A stretch of 64,000 bases of DNA from an uncultured Candidatus Saccharibacteria bacterium. Its GTDB lineage: Bacteria > Patescibacteriota > Saccharimonadia > Saccharimonadales > AWTP1-31. Both the position numbers and the translations under genes were made by a program. Below the pieces are notes generated by a model. That model saw only the letters and a list, made by a program, of their open reading frames with translations, was not told the DNA's origin and made no database searches. The stretch covers positions 118,357 to 182,356 of the forward strand of contig CAZVTA010000001.1 of assembly GCA_964629815.1 (NCBI GenBank), given 5' to 3'. Position 1 is the first letter of the stretch, and every line of letters begins with the position of its first letter. This document shows positions 10,143 to 18,886 of this stretch, piece by piece.

Positions 10143-10976
10143 TTATGCTATCAATGATTCAGCGTTTGCTACGGTATTTTCTAATAGCTGGCGTACCGTT
10201 ACTGGCCCAACGCCTCCCTTTTTAGGCGTAAAGGACCAGCCATTAGATAAGCCATATTCACGCAGAGCATCAGAGACATTGCCAACTACTCGGCCCCCAA
10301 GCTCGGCTGCCCCAACGTCTATGACTACCTTTGGACCCATGCCAGCAAACAATTCTGGAGTTAGTACTTCAGGTAAATTCATGGCTGCAACAATAACGTC
10401 GGCTGCGTCTAGGCCCTTCACAATATCTAAAGGGTCGTCGTGTTCATCATAGGTTCGATAGTGCTTTGCTCCACCCCAATGAGCCCAGTTATGCATTGGT
10501 CTGCCAAACACTCGGCCGTAACCTAGTTGCGCTACTTTAGCTTCAAAAAGATCAATTCCGTAAAAGCCAGCTAATCGCCTGACTGCCATTGGTGTTGCTG
10601 GTATATGTGATGCGTTTGGGTTGAGTCCATCGACGTCCTTTATGCTATCTACTAAACGAAATTGCTTTTCTGTACGAGATGGGTCAACTGACGGAGCTTG
10701 CACTATGATTCCATGCACCGCTTCATCGTCGTTAAACTGGCGGATTTTGTCTGCAAGTGCATCGGTGTCAGGATCTTCAGTTAGATTTGCTATCATGCCT
10801 AGTTTGCGAGCCACACTCACTTTTATTCCTGAATAAACCACAGACGGGTGGTATTCGAGGTTGTCATTTACTATTTCTAACCTAGGAGTAATATCGTGCG
10901 CACGTAGTATGTCGATCCTTGTCATCAGATCAAAATCAATTTGCTCTAACAGTGGTGCAGCTAAAAGTTCTGACAT
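10143..10976 (-). CDS. folD: bifunctional methylenetetrahydrofolate dehydrogenase/cyclohydrolase
   Basis: 277 aa. The C-terminal segment VIDVGAAE...PKKGGVGPVTVRQLLENT is typical of FolD. Confidence 0.8.
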   Translation of the reverse strand: MSELLAAPLLEQIDFDLMTRIDILRAHDITPRLEIVNDNLEYHPSVVYSGIKVSVARKLGMIANLTEDPDTDALADKIRQFNDDEAVHGIIVQAPSVDPSRTEKQFRLVDSIKDVDGLNPNASHIPATPMAVRRLAGFYGIDLFEAKVAQLGYGRVFGRPMHNWAHWGGAKHYRTYDEHDDPLDIVKGLDAADVIVAAMNLPEVLTPELFAGMGPKVVIDVGAAELGGRVVGNVSDALREYGLSNGWSFTPKKGGVGPVTVRQLLENTVANAESLIA

Positions 10977-11095
10977 GTGTTCTCCCGGTGCTTATAAGCT
11001 CACTATAAATTATAAGCAGAACCAAAATCAAGGATTTATTATGCCTAACAATAAGGTATTAGCTGTTTTGAATTGTTAGCTTGAAAGTAGTTTCT

Positions 11096-11186
11096 TGGCG
11101 GAGAGAGAGGGATTCGAACCCTCGATGAGGTTGCCCCCATACCACCTTTCCAAGATGGCGCACTAGGCCAACTATGCGATCTCTCC
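11096..11186 (-). tRNA. tRNA-Ser(GGA)
   Basis: The reverse complement reads GGAGAGA..CCATC-TTGGAAA-GGTGG (anticodon GGA), a long variable arm, GAGGGTTCGAATCCCTC, then TCTCTCC-G-CCA. Confidence 0.85.
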
Positions 11187-11323
11187 GCAGCACATTTACC
11201 ATAGCAATTTTTTGTCTAAAACCCAAGTAGCAGAAGATTTGTAGTGCTTGTTCGACAGAGGCCAAAAATACTACATTACTTGCTTGCGGATTTTGCAAAA
11301 TACATCGTAAACTAAAACAAGCG

Positions 11324-12193
11324 ATGCCAATCATTAGTCTAAAAGAAGTCAGCAAATTGTATGGCTTCGGCGATGCCACTACAGTGGCGCTCGACGAAGT
11401 TAGTTTAGATATTGATGCCGGTGAGTTTGTGGCGATAATGGGTCCAAGTGGCTCGGGCAAATCAACACTGCTTAATATTATTGGTCTGCTCGACCGGCCA
11501 ACACACGGAAATTATCAACTTGGCGGACGTAATGTAGAAAAGCTACGAGCGAACCAGCGTGCCAAAGCCAGAAGAGATAAAATTGGCTTTGTGTTTCAGG
11601 CGTTTAATCTACTTCCAAAACTGTCGGTCATCGATAATGTTGCACTGCCCCTTGCCTACAAGGGCATGACCCAAACAAAGCGGTACAGAAAAGCATCTGC
11701 CGTTCTCGAACGTGTTGGTTTGTCTGACCGTGAATATTTTTTGCCTAAAGCGCTCAGCGGTGGTCAAGTACAACGCGTTGCTATCGCACGCGCACTAGTA
11801 AATGATCCAAATATTATTATTGCCGATGAGCCTACGGGAAACCTTGACAGTGGTAGCAGCCTAGTGGTTATGGAATTATTGAGTGAATTACACAAAACGG
11901 GAAACACTATTCTGATGGTTACGCATAACCCAGAACTTACCAGGTATGCAGACCGCGTAGTCTTTATGCAAGACGGTACAGTATTGCAAGATGTACAAAC
12001 TCCTGTTGGTGAGGTGCCACGCTTGGCTCGAAAAACTATGATTTTTCGTTATCACAATACCGAGGAAGACGATCTAGCAGGTGTGTCGGCACTAATGGGG
12101 GCGATTCCGCAAAAAAATAGTAAACGAAAAAATGGCACAAAAAAGCGCCGCGCAAAAACCACCGTTCGCTCAAAAAGGAGTAAGAAAAGCTGA
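11324..12193 (+). CDS. ABC transporter ATP-binding protein (MacB/LolD/FtsE-like) with a basic C-terminal tail
   Basis: Walker A GPSGSGKST, signature LSGGQVQRVAIARAL and Walker B IIIADEPT. About 60 aa of K/R-rich C-terminal extension. Confidence 0.9.
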   Translation: MPIISLKEVSKLYGFGDATTVALDEVSLDIDAGEFVAIMGPSGSGKSTLLNIIGLLDRPTHGNYQLGGRNVEKLRANQRAKARRDKIGFVFQAFNLLPKLSVIDNVALPLAYKGMTQTKRYRKASAVLERVGLSDREYFLPKALSGGQVQRVAIARALVNDPNIIIADEPTGNLDSGSSLVVMELLSELHKTGNTILMVTHNPELTRYADRVVFMQDGTVLQDVQTPVGEVPRLARKTMIFRYHNTEEDDLAGVSALMGAIPQKNSKRKNGTKKRRAKTTVRSKRSKKS

Positions 12194-13425
12194 TGTTTGG
12201 CGGAAACTTAAAAATGGCTATAGCTACACTACGTGCATCTAAATGGCGCAGTTTATTAACCATGTTTGGCATTATCGTTGGTGTAGTCTCGGTAGTTACG
12301 ACGGTGAGTCTTGGCGAAGGCGTGAAGCGTCAGGTGCTTGGTCAGATTAATCGGCTTGGCAGTGATCTTATTACAGTGCGACCCGGTAATTTGGTTACAA
12401 GGGACGACAAAGGAACAATTACGAGCGTGAATGCCATCGGAACGTATGGTTTTGGTACAGGCAGCCTTAATGATCAAGATATTGCAACCGTTCAGCAAAC
12501 CAAATACATAAAACAAAGTTCGCCAATAGGACTACTAAATTCTGGTCTAAAGAGTGGTGATGCTAGTTATGGCGAAGGTTTTGTCTTGGGCGTTAACCAA
12601 CATATGCCGGATCTACTTCAGCAAAAGGTTGAGTTTGGTAGTTTCTATCAAGACAGCGACCAAAACAAACAAATTGCGGTTATAGGTAAGCGCGTTGCAG
12701 AGAAACTGTTTAACGAGAATGTGCCAATCGGGCAGTCGTTTGAAATTAGAGGGCAAGAATATGTGGTGCGTGGCGTGTTCGAAGAGTTTAATGGTAGCAC
12801 GCTCAGTACGGGCGTTGATTTAAACAAAGCTGTCTTCGTGCCTTTCGATGGCATAAAAGAACAAGTCGGCAATTCATTGCAAGTGGTGCAGATTATTGCC
12901 CGGCCCGAAAAATCTAGTCAAACTAATGACGTAATACGTGAGTTGAATCAGAGTTTTACTACCACTCACAACGGCCAGCAAGACGTAACGATATTAAGGC
13001 AAGACGAAAATCTCACTGTTACTAACACCCTTCTTAATATTCTTACGAGTTTTATAGCAGGTATTGCGGCGATCTCTCTACTTGTTGGTGGGATTGGCAT
13101 AATGAATATCATGCTGGTATCAATTAGTGAACGAACGCACGAAATCGGCATTCGCAAGGCTGTAGGAGCAACAAACCGTCAAATCAGTAGACAGTTTTTA
13201 CTTGAGGCGGCAGTGTTGAGCTTTGTGGGCGGTGTTCTTGGTGTCTTGCTTGCTCTGTTAACAAACTTTATTATCCGTATCAGTACAAATTTGCGGCCGG
13301 TAGTGGCCTGGCAAGTGGTATTACTCGCTGTTGCAGTTGCATGGCTGGTGGGAATTGTCTTTGGTATTATCCCTGCTATACAGGCGGCACGTAAAGATCC
13401 AATTGACGCGCTGCGTTACGAATAA
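12193..13425 (+). CDS. ABC transporter permease, FtsX/MacB type
   Basis: 410 aa. TM1, then a ~230-aa extracytoplasmic domain, then three C-terminal TM helices. Start overlaps the ATPase stop (ATGA). Confidence 0.85.
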   Translation: MFGGNLKMAIATLRASKWRSLLTMFGIIVGVVSVVTTVSLGEGVKRQVLGQINRLGSDLITVRPGNLVTRDDKGTITSVNAIGTYGFGTGSLNDQDIATVQQTKYIKQSSPIGLLNSGLKSGDASYGEGFVLGVNQHMPDLLQQKVEFGSFYQDSDQNKQIAVIGKRVAEKLFNENVPIGQSFEIRGQEYVVRGVFEEFNGSTLSTGVDLNKAVFVPFDGIKEQVGNSLQVVQIIARPEKSSQTNDVIRELNQSFTTTHNGQQDVTILRQDENLTVTNTLLNILTSFIAGIAAISLLVGGIGIMNIMLVSISERTHEIGIRKAVGATNRQISRQFLLEAAVLSFVGGVLGVLLALLTNFIIRISTNLRPVVAWQVVLLAVAVAWLVGIVFGIIPAIQAARKDPIDALRYE

Positions 13426-13428
13426 GTA

Positions 13429-14847
13429 TTAAGCAAACAAAGAGAATAGTGCAGCAATACCTGCGAGCGACATAATACCGGTAATTAACCAACCAAATGT
13501 TTTGGCAACTGGCCCATTAACCCATTCGCCCATCACTTTTTTGTTGCTACTTATGATGACAATAAGTGCAAGAATAAGGGGTGCCACAATACCATTCGCA
13601 ACCGCAGAGTAGATAAGCGCTTTAATGGGGTCGAGTCCTATAAAGTTCATGCCGAGCCCAATAAGCATTGAGATAATGATCACACCGTAAAAAGCGTAGG
13701 CTTGCTTAAGCTTGCTGTTGAGTCCGCCTTTCCAACCCAGTGATTCTGCTAAAGCGTATGAGCTAGAACCCGCTAACACTGGAATGGCGAGCATACCCGT
13801 ACCAATGATACCAACAGCAAAGAGTACAAATGTTGCGTCACCGGCGAATGGTCGAAGTGCTTCTGCTGCCTGAGCAGCACTCGTAATTTCTGTAATGCCG
13901 TTCTTGAAAAGTACAGCGCCACACGCTGCGATAATGAAGAACATAACGATGTTACTGAGGAGCATGCCTGACCATACGTCAATGCGCATATCTTTTACTT
14001 CTTGTTTGCTGGCACCTTTTCTTGATACTATCGACGTTTTGCCTGCTGCCACCTGCTCTTCGATTTCCTGTGAAGTTTGCCAGAAGAACAAATATGGAGA
14101 AATGGTCGTACCTAAAATTGCACAGACGAGCAGTATCTGATCTTTCGAGAATGTTAACTGTGGTATAACTGCATTGCGCCCAACTTCTGCCCAATTGAGT
14201 TTGGCGAGAATAGCTGAAAATATGTAAGCCAATAGAACCATAGCGAGCCATTTTAAATATTTCGCATACTTAGCGTACGGTGTAAATATTTGCAATAGTA
14301 AGCTCACGCCAGCAAAGCCAACGACGAGCCATGTGAAGTTCATCGATGGTCTGAGCAGCTGCGCCCCCTTTGCCATCGCACCGAGGTCGGCGCCAATGTT
14401 GAATGAATTTGCGGCAAACAATAGCAGTGTGCAGATGTGCAAAATCTTTTTTGAAAAGTATACACGTATATTGCCAGCGAGGCCGCGGCCTGTCACAAGA
14501 CCAATGCGTGCACACATCTCTTGCACGATAGACATCAACGGAAAGGTGAATAAAGAAAGCCACAATAAGCCAAATCCGTATTGCGCCCCCGTTTGTGAGT
14601 ATGTAGCGATACCAGACGGGTCATCGTCTGAAGCTCCGGTTGTAAGTCCCGGGCCAAGCATGTGCCAATAGTCGCCTGTTTTTTTGACGGTTTTTTTGAC
14701 GGTTTCTGTTGGGAGGGCTTGCGCTATCCTCTCCCCTGTCTCGACTGTTTTTTCTAGTACGTGCGCAGGTGCCTCGACGGTCTTGGTTAGAAAATCTTTA
14801 TCTTTGCTTGCCATGGTTATGCTTACTATAATACACCCAATACCCAA
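13429..14847 (-). CDS. mntH: Nramp family divalent metal (Mn2+/Fe2+) transporter
   Basis: GPGLTTGASDDDPSGIATYSQTGAQYGFGLLW is the Nramp consensus. Multi-TM, 472 aa. Confidence 0.85.
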   Translation of the reverse strand: MGIGCIIVSITMASKDKDFLTKTVEAPAHVLEKTVETGERIAQALPTETVKKTVKKTGDYWHMLGPGLTTGASDDDPSGIATYSQTGAQYGFGLLWLSLFTFPLMSIVQEMCARIGLVTGRGLAGNIRVYFSKKILHICTLLLFAANSFNIGADLGAMAKGAQLLRPSMNFTWLVVGFAGVSLLLQIFTPYAKYAKYLKWLAMVLLAYIFSAILAKLNWAEVGRNAVIPQLTFSKDQILLVCAILGTTISPYLFFWQTSQEIEEQVAAGKTSIVSRKGASKQEVKDMRIDVWSGMLLSNIVMFFIIAACGAVLFKNGITEITSAAQAAEALRPFAGDATFVLFAVGIIGTGMLAIPVLAGSSSYALAESLGWKGGLNSKLKQAYAFYGVIIISMLIGLGMNFIGLDPIKALIYSAVANGIVAPLILALIVIISSNKKVMGEWVNGPVAKTFGWLITGIMSLAGIAALFSLFA

Positions 14848-14876
14848 AAAACTAGCTTTTCAATCGGGGCGCATGC

Positions 14877-15380
14877 TTGCATACTAGGGTGATGACATTT
14901 GTTCTATTACTGCTCATAACCATATTATTAGTCGCTGCAGTAATTGCGGGGTTTTCTGGAGCCCCGTGGGTTCCGGCTCGTCAAAAGGATGTAGATGCAC
15001 TTTTGCATGTCCTTGGTGATATTAAAGGTAAACGTGTAGTTGAGCTTGGATGTGGTGATGGGCGCTTGGTGTTGGCGGCGGCTCGGGCTGGGTCAATAGT
15101 TACTGGCTATGAAATCAATCCGCTATTATATTTGGTTGCAAAGTTACGCTGCCTGTCCTTCAAAAATGCAACGATAAAAATGCAGAATTTCTGGCACGTT
15201 GATTTGTCGAAAATGGATATTGTGATTGCATTTCTTGTGCCGCGCACCATGCCTCAAATTACACAAAAGGTAGATAAAGAGTTAACGAAAGGGGCTATAT
15301 TTGCTTCTTACGTATTTCCGATTGTAGACCGTGATTACTCTAAGCACACCGCTTCTTGGTATTTGTATTATATAAAATAA
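14877..15380 (+). CDS. class I SAM-dependent methyltransferase-like protein with an N-terminal TM segment
   Basis: VVELGCGDGRLVLAAA matches methyltransferase motif I. 167 aa. Confidence 0.5.
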   Translation: MHTRVMTFVLLLLITILLVAAVIAGFSGAPWVPARQKDVDALLHVLGDIKGKRVVELGCGDGRLVLAAARAGSIVTGYEINPLLYLVAKLRCLSFKNATIKMQNFWHVDLSKMDIVIAFLVPRTMPQITQKVDKELTKGAIFASYVFPIVDRDYSKHTASWYLYYIK

Positions 15381-15438
15381 CCTGTTATTTCGTGGGTTCC
15401 TCACGTATACTAAGACGTAAGCAACATAAGGAACCTCT

Positions 15439-16365
15439 ATGATACGAATATTCCATAGTAGCGTAAAGGCGCCCAATCTCGTTGAACTGTCGGAATTTAC
15501 CGATGGGGCATGGCTTCATGTAGAGGCGCCAACGACCGATGAGCTTGAATCTTTGGCCCAGAAGTATCACCTCGAGCTAGACTTATTGGTCGACGGCATT
15601 GACCCTAACGAATCGCCGCGTATTGAACGTGAAGAAGAAGTAACATATATCTATACGCGCTACTGTCTTCCCGAAGCAGAAAAAATGACAACCAGTCCTC
15701 TGCTTATAGTTATGGGCAAGGGTTTTGTAATGACGGTTTGCCGACGGCCGTTTACCAGTATGGAAGTTTTGCTCAATGGTCCACTCATGATTGTTACGAG
15801 TAAAAAAGCTCAACTTGTTTTGCAGATTTTAAGTGAGATTAATAATGGTTTCAAGCATCGTATTAATCATGCAAGTAAACGTATCTGGAACATACGATCG
15901 CAGCTCAAGAAAGACCAAATTGCCAACGAAGATTTTGTTGCCTTTATCGATATCGAAGAAGACCTCAATGACTTTCTGCTTGTACTCGAACCTATGGATG
16001 GGGTGCTAAATAACTTGCTCGGCGGCAAATACATGCGTTTGTACGAGGAGGACCGCGACCTGATTGAAGATATCTCGCTCGGAACCCAAGAGCTTACCCA
16101 GCTTGCCCAGAGCCGCGTGAAAACACTGCGTAATATTCGTGAGGCATACGCTACAATCACCGCCAACAACCTTAACCGTATCTTCAAACTCATGACCAGT
16201 ATCACAATTTTGATGGGTATATTTACCCTCATTACCGGCGTCTACAGCATGAATATTAGCCTACCTGCCGCGCACAACCCGAATGCGTTTTGGATTATCT
16301 TGGGTATCACCGCGCTCTTTATTGGCAGTGCTACAGTATTCTTTAAACGAAAGAAGTGGTTTTAG
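15439..16365 (+). CDS. CorA-like divalent cation transporter (GMN motif replaced by SMN)
   Basis: 308 aa with two C-terminal TM helices. GVYSMNISLP lies at the position of the YGMNF signature. Confidence 0.6.
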   Translation: MIRIFHSSVKAPNLVELSEFTDGAWLHVEAPTTDELESLAQKYHLELDLLVDGIDPNESPRIEREEEVTYIYTRYCLPEAEKMTTSPLLIVMGKGFVMTVCRRPFTSMEVLLNGPLMIVTSKKAQLVLQILSEINNGFKHRINHASKRIWNIRSQLKKDQIANEDFVAFIDIEEDLNDFLLVLEPMDGVLNNLLGGKYMRLYEEDRDLIEDISLGTQELTQLAQSRVKTLRNIREAYATITANNLNRIFKLMTSITILMGIFTLITGVYSMNISLPAAHNPNAFWIILGITALFIGSATVFFKRKKWF

Positions 16366-16380
16366 CTCTTTCTCAGCTAG

Positions 16381-16629
16381 GTGTGCTACCATTTGTATAT
16401 GAGAGAGGTAGCCCGAGCGAGTAAAAAATTTTTCGTCGCCGTCGCAGGCATGACCATACTCGGTATTGGCGTACTGCTGCTTGCATTGCCAGGGCCAGGA
16501 CTACTGGTGATTATTCTTGGTCTTATTGTTCTAGCAAGCGAGTTTGCATGGGCTCAGGGTGCGCTCGATAAAGCTCGGGCGAAATATCAGCAAACAAAAG
16601 AAAAGATTAAACAAAGAACCTCCGAGTAA
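16381..16629 (+). CDS. PGPGW-domain small membrane protein
   Basis: LALPGPGLLVIILGLIVLASEFAWAQ. Confidence 0.55.
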   Translation: MCYHLYMREVARASKKFFVAVAGMTILGIGVLLLALPGPGLLVIILGLIVLASEFAWAQGALDKARAKYQQTKEKIKQRTSE

Positions 16630-16650
16630 CCGGGGGGTTCTTTGCTAAAA
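16611..16650. terminator. possible bidirectional stem-loop between convergent genes
   Basis: AAAGAACC...GGTTCTTTG inverted repeat spanning the stop of the PGPGW gene. Weak T-tract. Confidence 0.3.
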
Positions 16651-16672
16651 GTGTGACAGTATTTAGGTTATA

Positions 16673-17287
16673 TTAGCTCATTCGTGAACGAAGCTGTGCG
16701 ACGCGCACCGCGAGAGCACCGATGCCAATTGCCAAGGCACTGATACCGAGTATCTCGCCATTGTTGGCGCCCGTTTCTGCAAGCATAGTTGGTGTCTCAG
16801 GCTGGGCAACAGTAGTGGTAGTGTTTTCGACGTTAATTGACGGAATATGATACGCCTCTTCACTCGTCGTAGTGGTATCTACAGTACTTGTAGTAGTCGT
16901 ATCCTTGAATACGGTTGTAGTGGTAGTTTCTTTGTTAGGTTTTTCGGTAGTCGAAGTTGTTTTAGGAACTTCAGTAGTAGTGGTTTTGGGTGTTTCGGTT
17001 GTAGTAGTCGTATCCTTGAATACGGTTGTAGTGGTAGTTTCTTTGTTAGGTTTTTCGGTAGTCGAAGTTGTTTTAGGAACTTCAGTAGTAGTGGTTTTGG
17101 GTGGGTTTACACTTATTGTTGTCGTGGTTTTTTCTGGACAGTTTGGGTCCTTTTTGTAGTGGTTATTATTGCCACCTTCAAATGTAAAGCTAAATGCTTC
17201 CATGCGTGTTCTCCTTCTTGTGAGCATTGTGCTCCGAGTAGAGTTAATTAATAGTCGTGGGTTCGCTACTGGCTCCCTGTAATCCAA
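16673..17287 (-). CDS. LAETG-motif cell-wall-sorting surface protein, Thr-rich with a 2x37-aa tandem repeat
   Basis: C-terminus LAETG + hydrophobic stretch + RVAQLRSRMS. Two near-identical repeats KTTTTEVPKTTSTTEKPNKETTTTTVFKDTTTT. The track start is a TTG. An RBS-supported ATG (AGGAG-8nt-ATG, MEAFSF...) lies about 84 nt downstream. No signal peptide is evident. Confidence 0.65.
   Translation of the reverse strand: MDYREPVANPRLLINSTRSTMLTRRRTRMEAFSFTFEGGNNNHYKKDPNCPEKTTTTISVNPPKTTTTEVPKTTSTTEKPNKETTTTTVFKDTTTTTETPKTTTTEVPKTTSTTEKPNKETTTTTVFKDTTTTSTVDTTTTSEEAYHIPSINVENTTTTVAQPETPTMLAETGANNGEILGISALAIGIGALAVRVAQLRSRMS
16891..17103. repeat. tandem direct repeat, 2 x 111 bp, within the LAETG protein gene
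   Basis: The unit tagtagtcgtatccttgaatacggttgtag... recurs with period 111 nt (16891 and 17002), near-perfect. Confidence 0.8.
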
Positions 17288-17444
17288 GCGACCAAATGAA
17301 GATTACAATTCAACGCTGACAATAATTACATTGTCAAAGATATATTACACTAAAAAATCAAAAAAGTCAATAACGACGCTTGCTTGTACTTGTATTCTTG
17401 CACGTACAGTCTTGCATAAAAAAGAGCGTTTAAAGGCTCTTTTT

Positions 17445-17603
17445 TTATGTAGTGCTACTCCAATCTTTTGTCAGCGATTCGTAACAGTCTACGCAGAGAT
17501 GGAATTTGTGAACCATGCTTTGTTCGTCTGGTGGACTGAGCAGTATCGCTCCAAAATCGGATAGTTCATTTTTGCACTTGTCGCAAATTGGTCGTATTGC
17601 CAT
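17445..17603 (-). CDS. small zinc-ribbon protein (CxxC-x27-CxxC), 52 aa, not in the ORF track
   Basis: Hand translation: MAIRPICDKCKNELSDFGAILLSPPDEQSMVHKFHLCVDCYESLTKDWSSTT. It lies in the gap between metK and the LAETG gene. It overlaps, in another frame, a 112-aa TTG-initiated track ORF that itself runs into metK and is likely spurious. Confidence 0.4.
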   Translation of the reverse strand: MAIRPICDKCKNELSDFGAILLSPPDEQSMVHKFHLCVDCYESLTKDWSSTT

Positions 17604-17702
17604 AGCATCAGTATAACTAAAGTTGTAGCGCCTGCAATGGTTTGAATTTTCAGTGCTTCACTGCCACTTCGAATTCCTATGTTTGCTTTAAAGTATTCGT
17701 CT

Positions 17703-18683
17703 TTACTTTTCCCAAGTGAAGTCTTTGTGGCCAAAATGCCCCCACTGGGCTGTTTTTTCGAACTGAGGTTTTTGTAGGTCGAGCCATTTAACAATGCCAC
17801 GAGGCGATAAGTCGTAGCCTTCGACAACTTTTTGCACGCCGTCTACAACCACGGTTGCTTCCAGTGGCTGGTCGTAGCCAATTGCATAAGCTAAGTAGCA
17901 ATATACTTCTTTGGCATTCTCTTTTTGTAAGTAGTCTATAGCTATTTTTCGCGCTGCATAGGCGGCAGAGCGGTCTACCTTGCTTGAGTCTTTGCCGCTA
18001 AAGCAGCCACCACCAATTGGGACGCTTGGGCCGTAGTTGTCTACAACCAGCTTGCGCCCGGTTAGGCCGGTGTCGGCTTCAAAGCCACCAATCTGCCAGT
18101 CACCCGCGGGGTTGATGTGTAAGCGAATTTCGTCGGTTGTTTTTGCAAGGGGTTCGCTTCTTAGCCATTCTCGAACACGAGCTTCAAGTTCGGCCTGCGG
18201 TGCGTTCTGAAAACTCGCTACTGCCGATTCAATAACCCCATCTTTCAGCGTTACTTGAGTTTTACCGTCGAAAGGCCATTTTTCGAAAATATATTGGTTG
18301 AGTTTGCGGCTTAGTACTACTTCGAGTGGTAATAGCTCGGGTGTGTCGTTGCAAGCATAGCCAACCATAATGCCTTGGTCGCCTGCTCCACCCGTATCAA
18401 CGCCCTGCGCAATCTCGGGGCTTTGCTTTACGAGCCGAACCTCTAGCTCTACATCGCCCGCAATGCGTTGTACAATTGGTGCAACATCGGGGTGGCCCGT
18501 GCTAGTAACTTCGCCCACTACAAATACCTTGCCGTGGCCGCCAACGGTTTCAACAGCTACACGGGCTTTGGGGTCTTGTACTAAATATGCATCCAAAATA
18601 GCGTCGGAAATTTGGTCGCAGAGTTTGTCGGGGTGCTTGGGCGAAACACTCTCGGCGGTTTTATAGGTTGTTTGTGCAGACAT
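17703..18683 (-). CDS. metK: S-adenosylmethionine synthetase (short form, 326 aa)
   Basis: AESVSPKHPDKLCDQISDAILDA and GGGCFSGKDSSKVDRSAAYAARKIA are MetK signatures. Confidence 0.9.
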   Translation of the reverse strand: MSAQTTYKTAESVSPKHPDKLCDQISDAILDAYLVQDPKARVAVETVGGHGKVFVVGEVTSTGHPDVAPIVQRIAGDVELEVRLVKQSPEIAQGVDTGGAGDQGIMVGYACNDTPELLPLEVVLSRKLNQYIFEKWPFDGKTQVTLKDGVIESAVASFQNAPQAELEARVREWLRSEPLAKTTDEIRLHINPAGDWQIGGFEADTGLTGRKLVVDNYGPSVPIGGGCFSGKDSSKVDRSAAYAARKIAIDYLQKENAKEVYCYLAYAIGYDQPLEATVVVDGVQKVVEGYDLSPRGIVKWLDLQKPQFEKTAQWGHFGHKDFTWEK

Positions 18684-18840
18684 AAAAAAACTCCTTTCTG
18701 TCTACACCGCTGGGTCGAGTCAGAAGGAGCATGCCTTGCGATATCTTCCCCTTGCGGGCTGAACGTAGCACCGTACCACGAATGGTTGGTTGCTGGTGGG
18801 TCGACGGGTCAGATCCCTCGCCACACTCTTGATACTTAAA
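18684..18840 (-). ncRNA. SAM-I (S-box) riboswitch with terminator/SD-sequestering expression platform
   Basis: The minus strand reads GUAUCAAGAGUGUGGCGAGGGAUCUGACCCG...CAGCAACC...GGUGCUACGUUCAGCCCGC...GGAAGAUAUCG, which matches conserved SAM-I blocks. It is followed by the hairpin CUCCUUCUG...CAGAAAGGAG + U7 that contains the metK RBS, immediately 5' of the metK ATG. Confidence 0.65.
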
Positions 18841-18886
18841 TTGTTAATGCCTACCTATGGTAGCATTGTTCTGCGCGTCAGCAAAA

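Noticed and set aside
16847-17251. Plus-strand ORFs (134 and 95 aa) with repetitive V/S-rich translation
   Set aside because: They are the antisense reading of the Thr-codon-rich tandem repeat in the LAETG gene.
17489-17827. 112-aa ORF from the track (minus strand, TTG start)
   Set aside because: It starts inside the metK coding region in another frame, has no RBS or motif, and is displaced by the better-supported 52-aa zinc-ribbon ORF.
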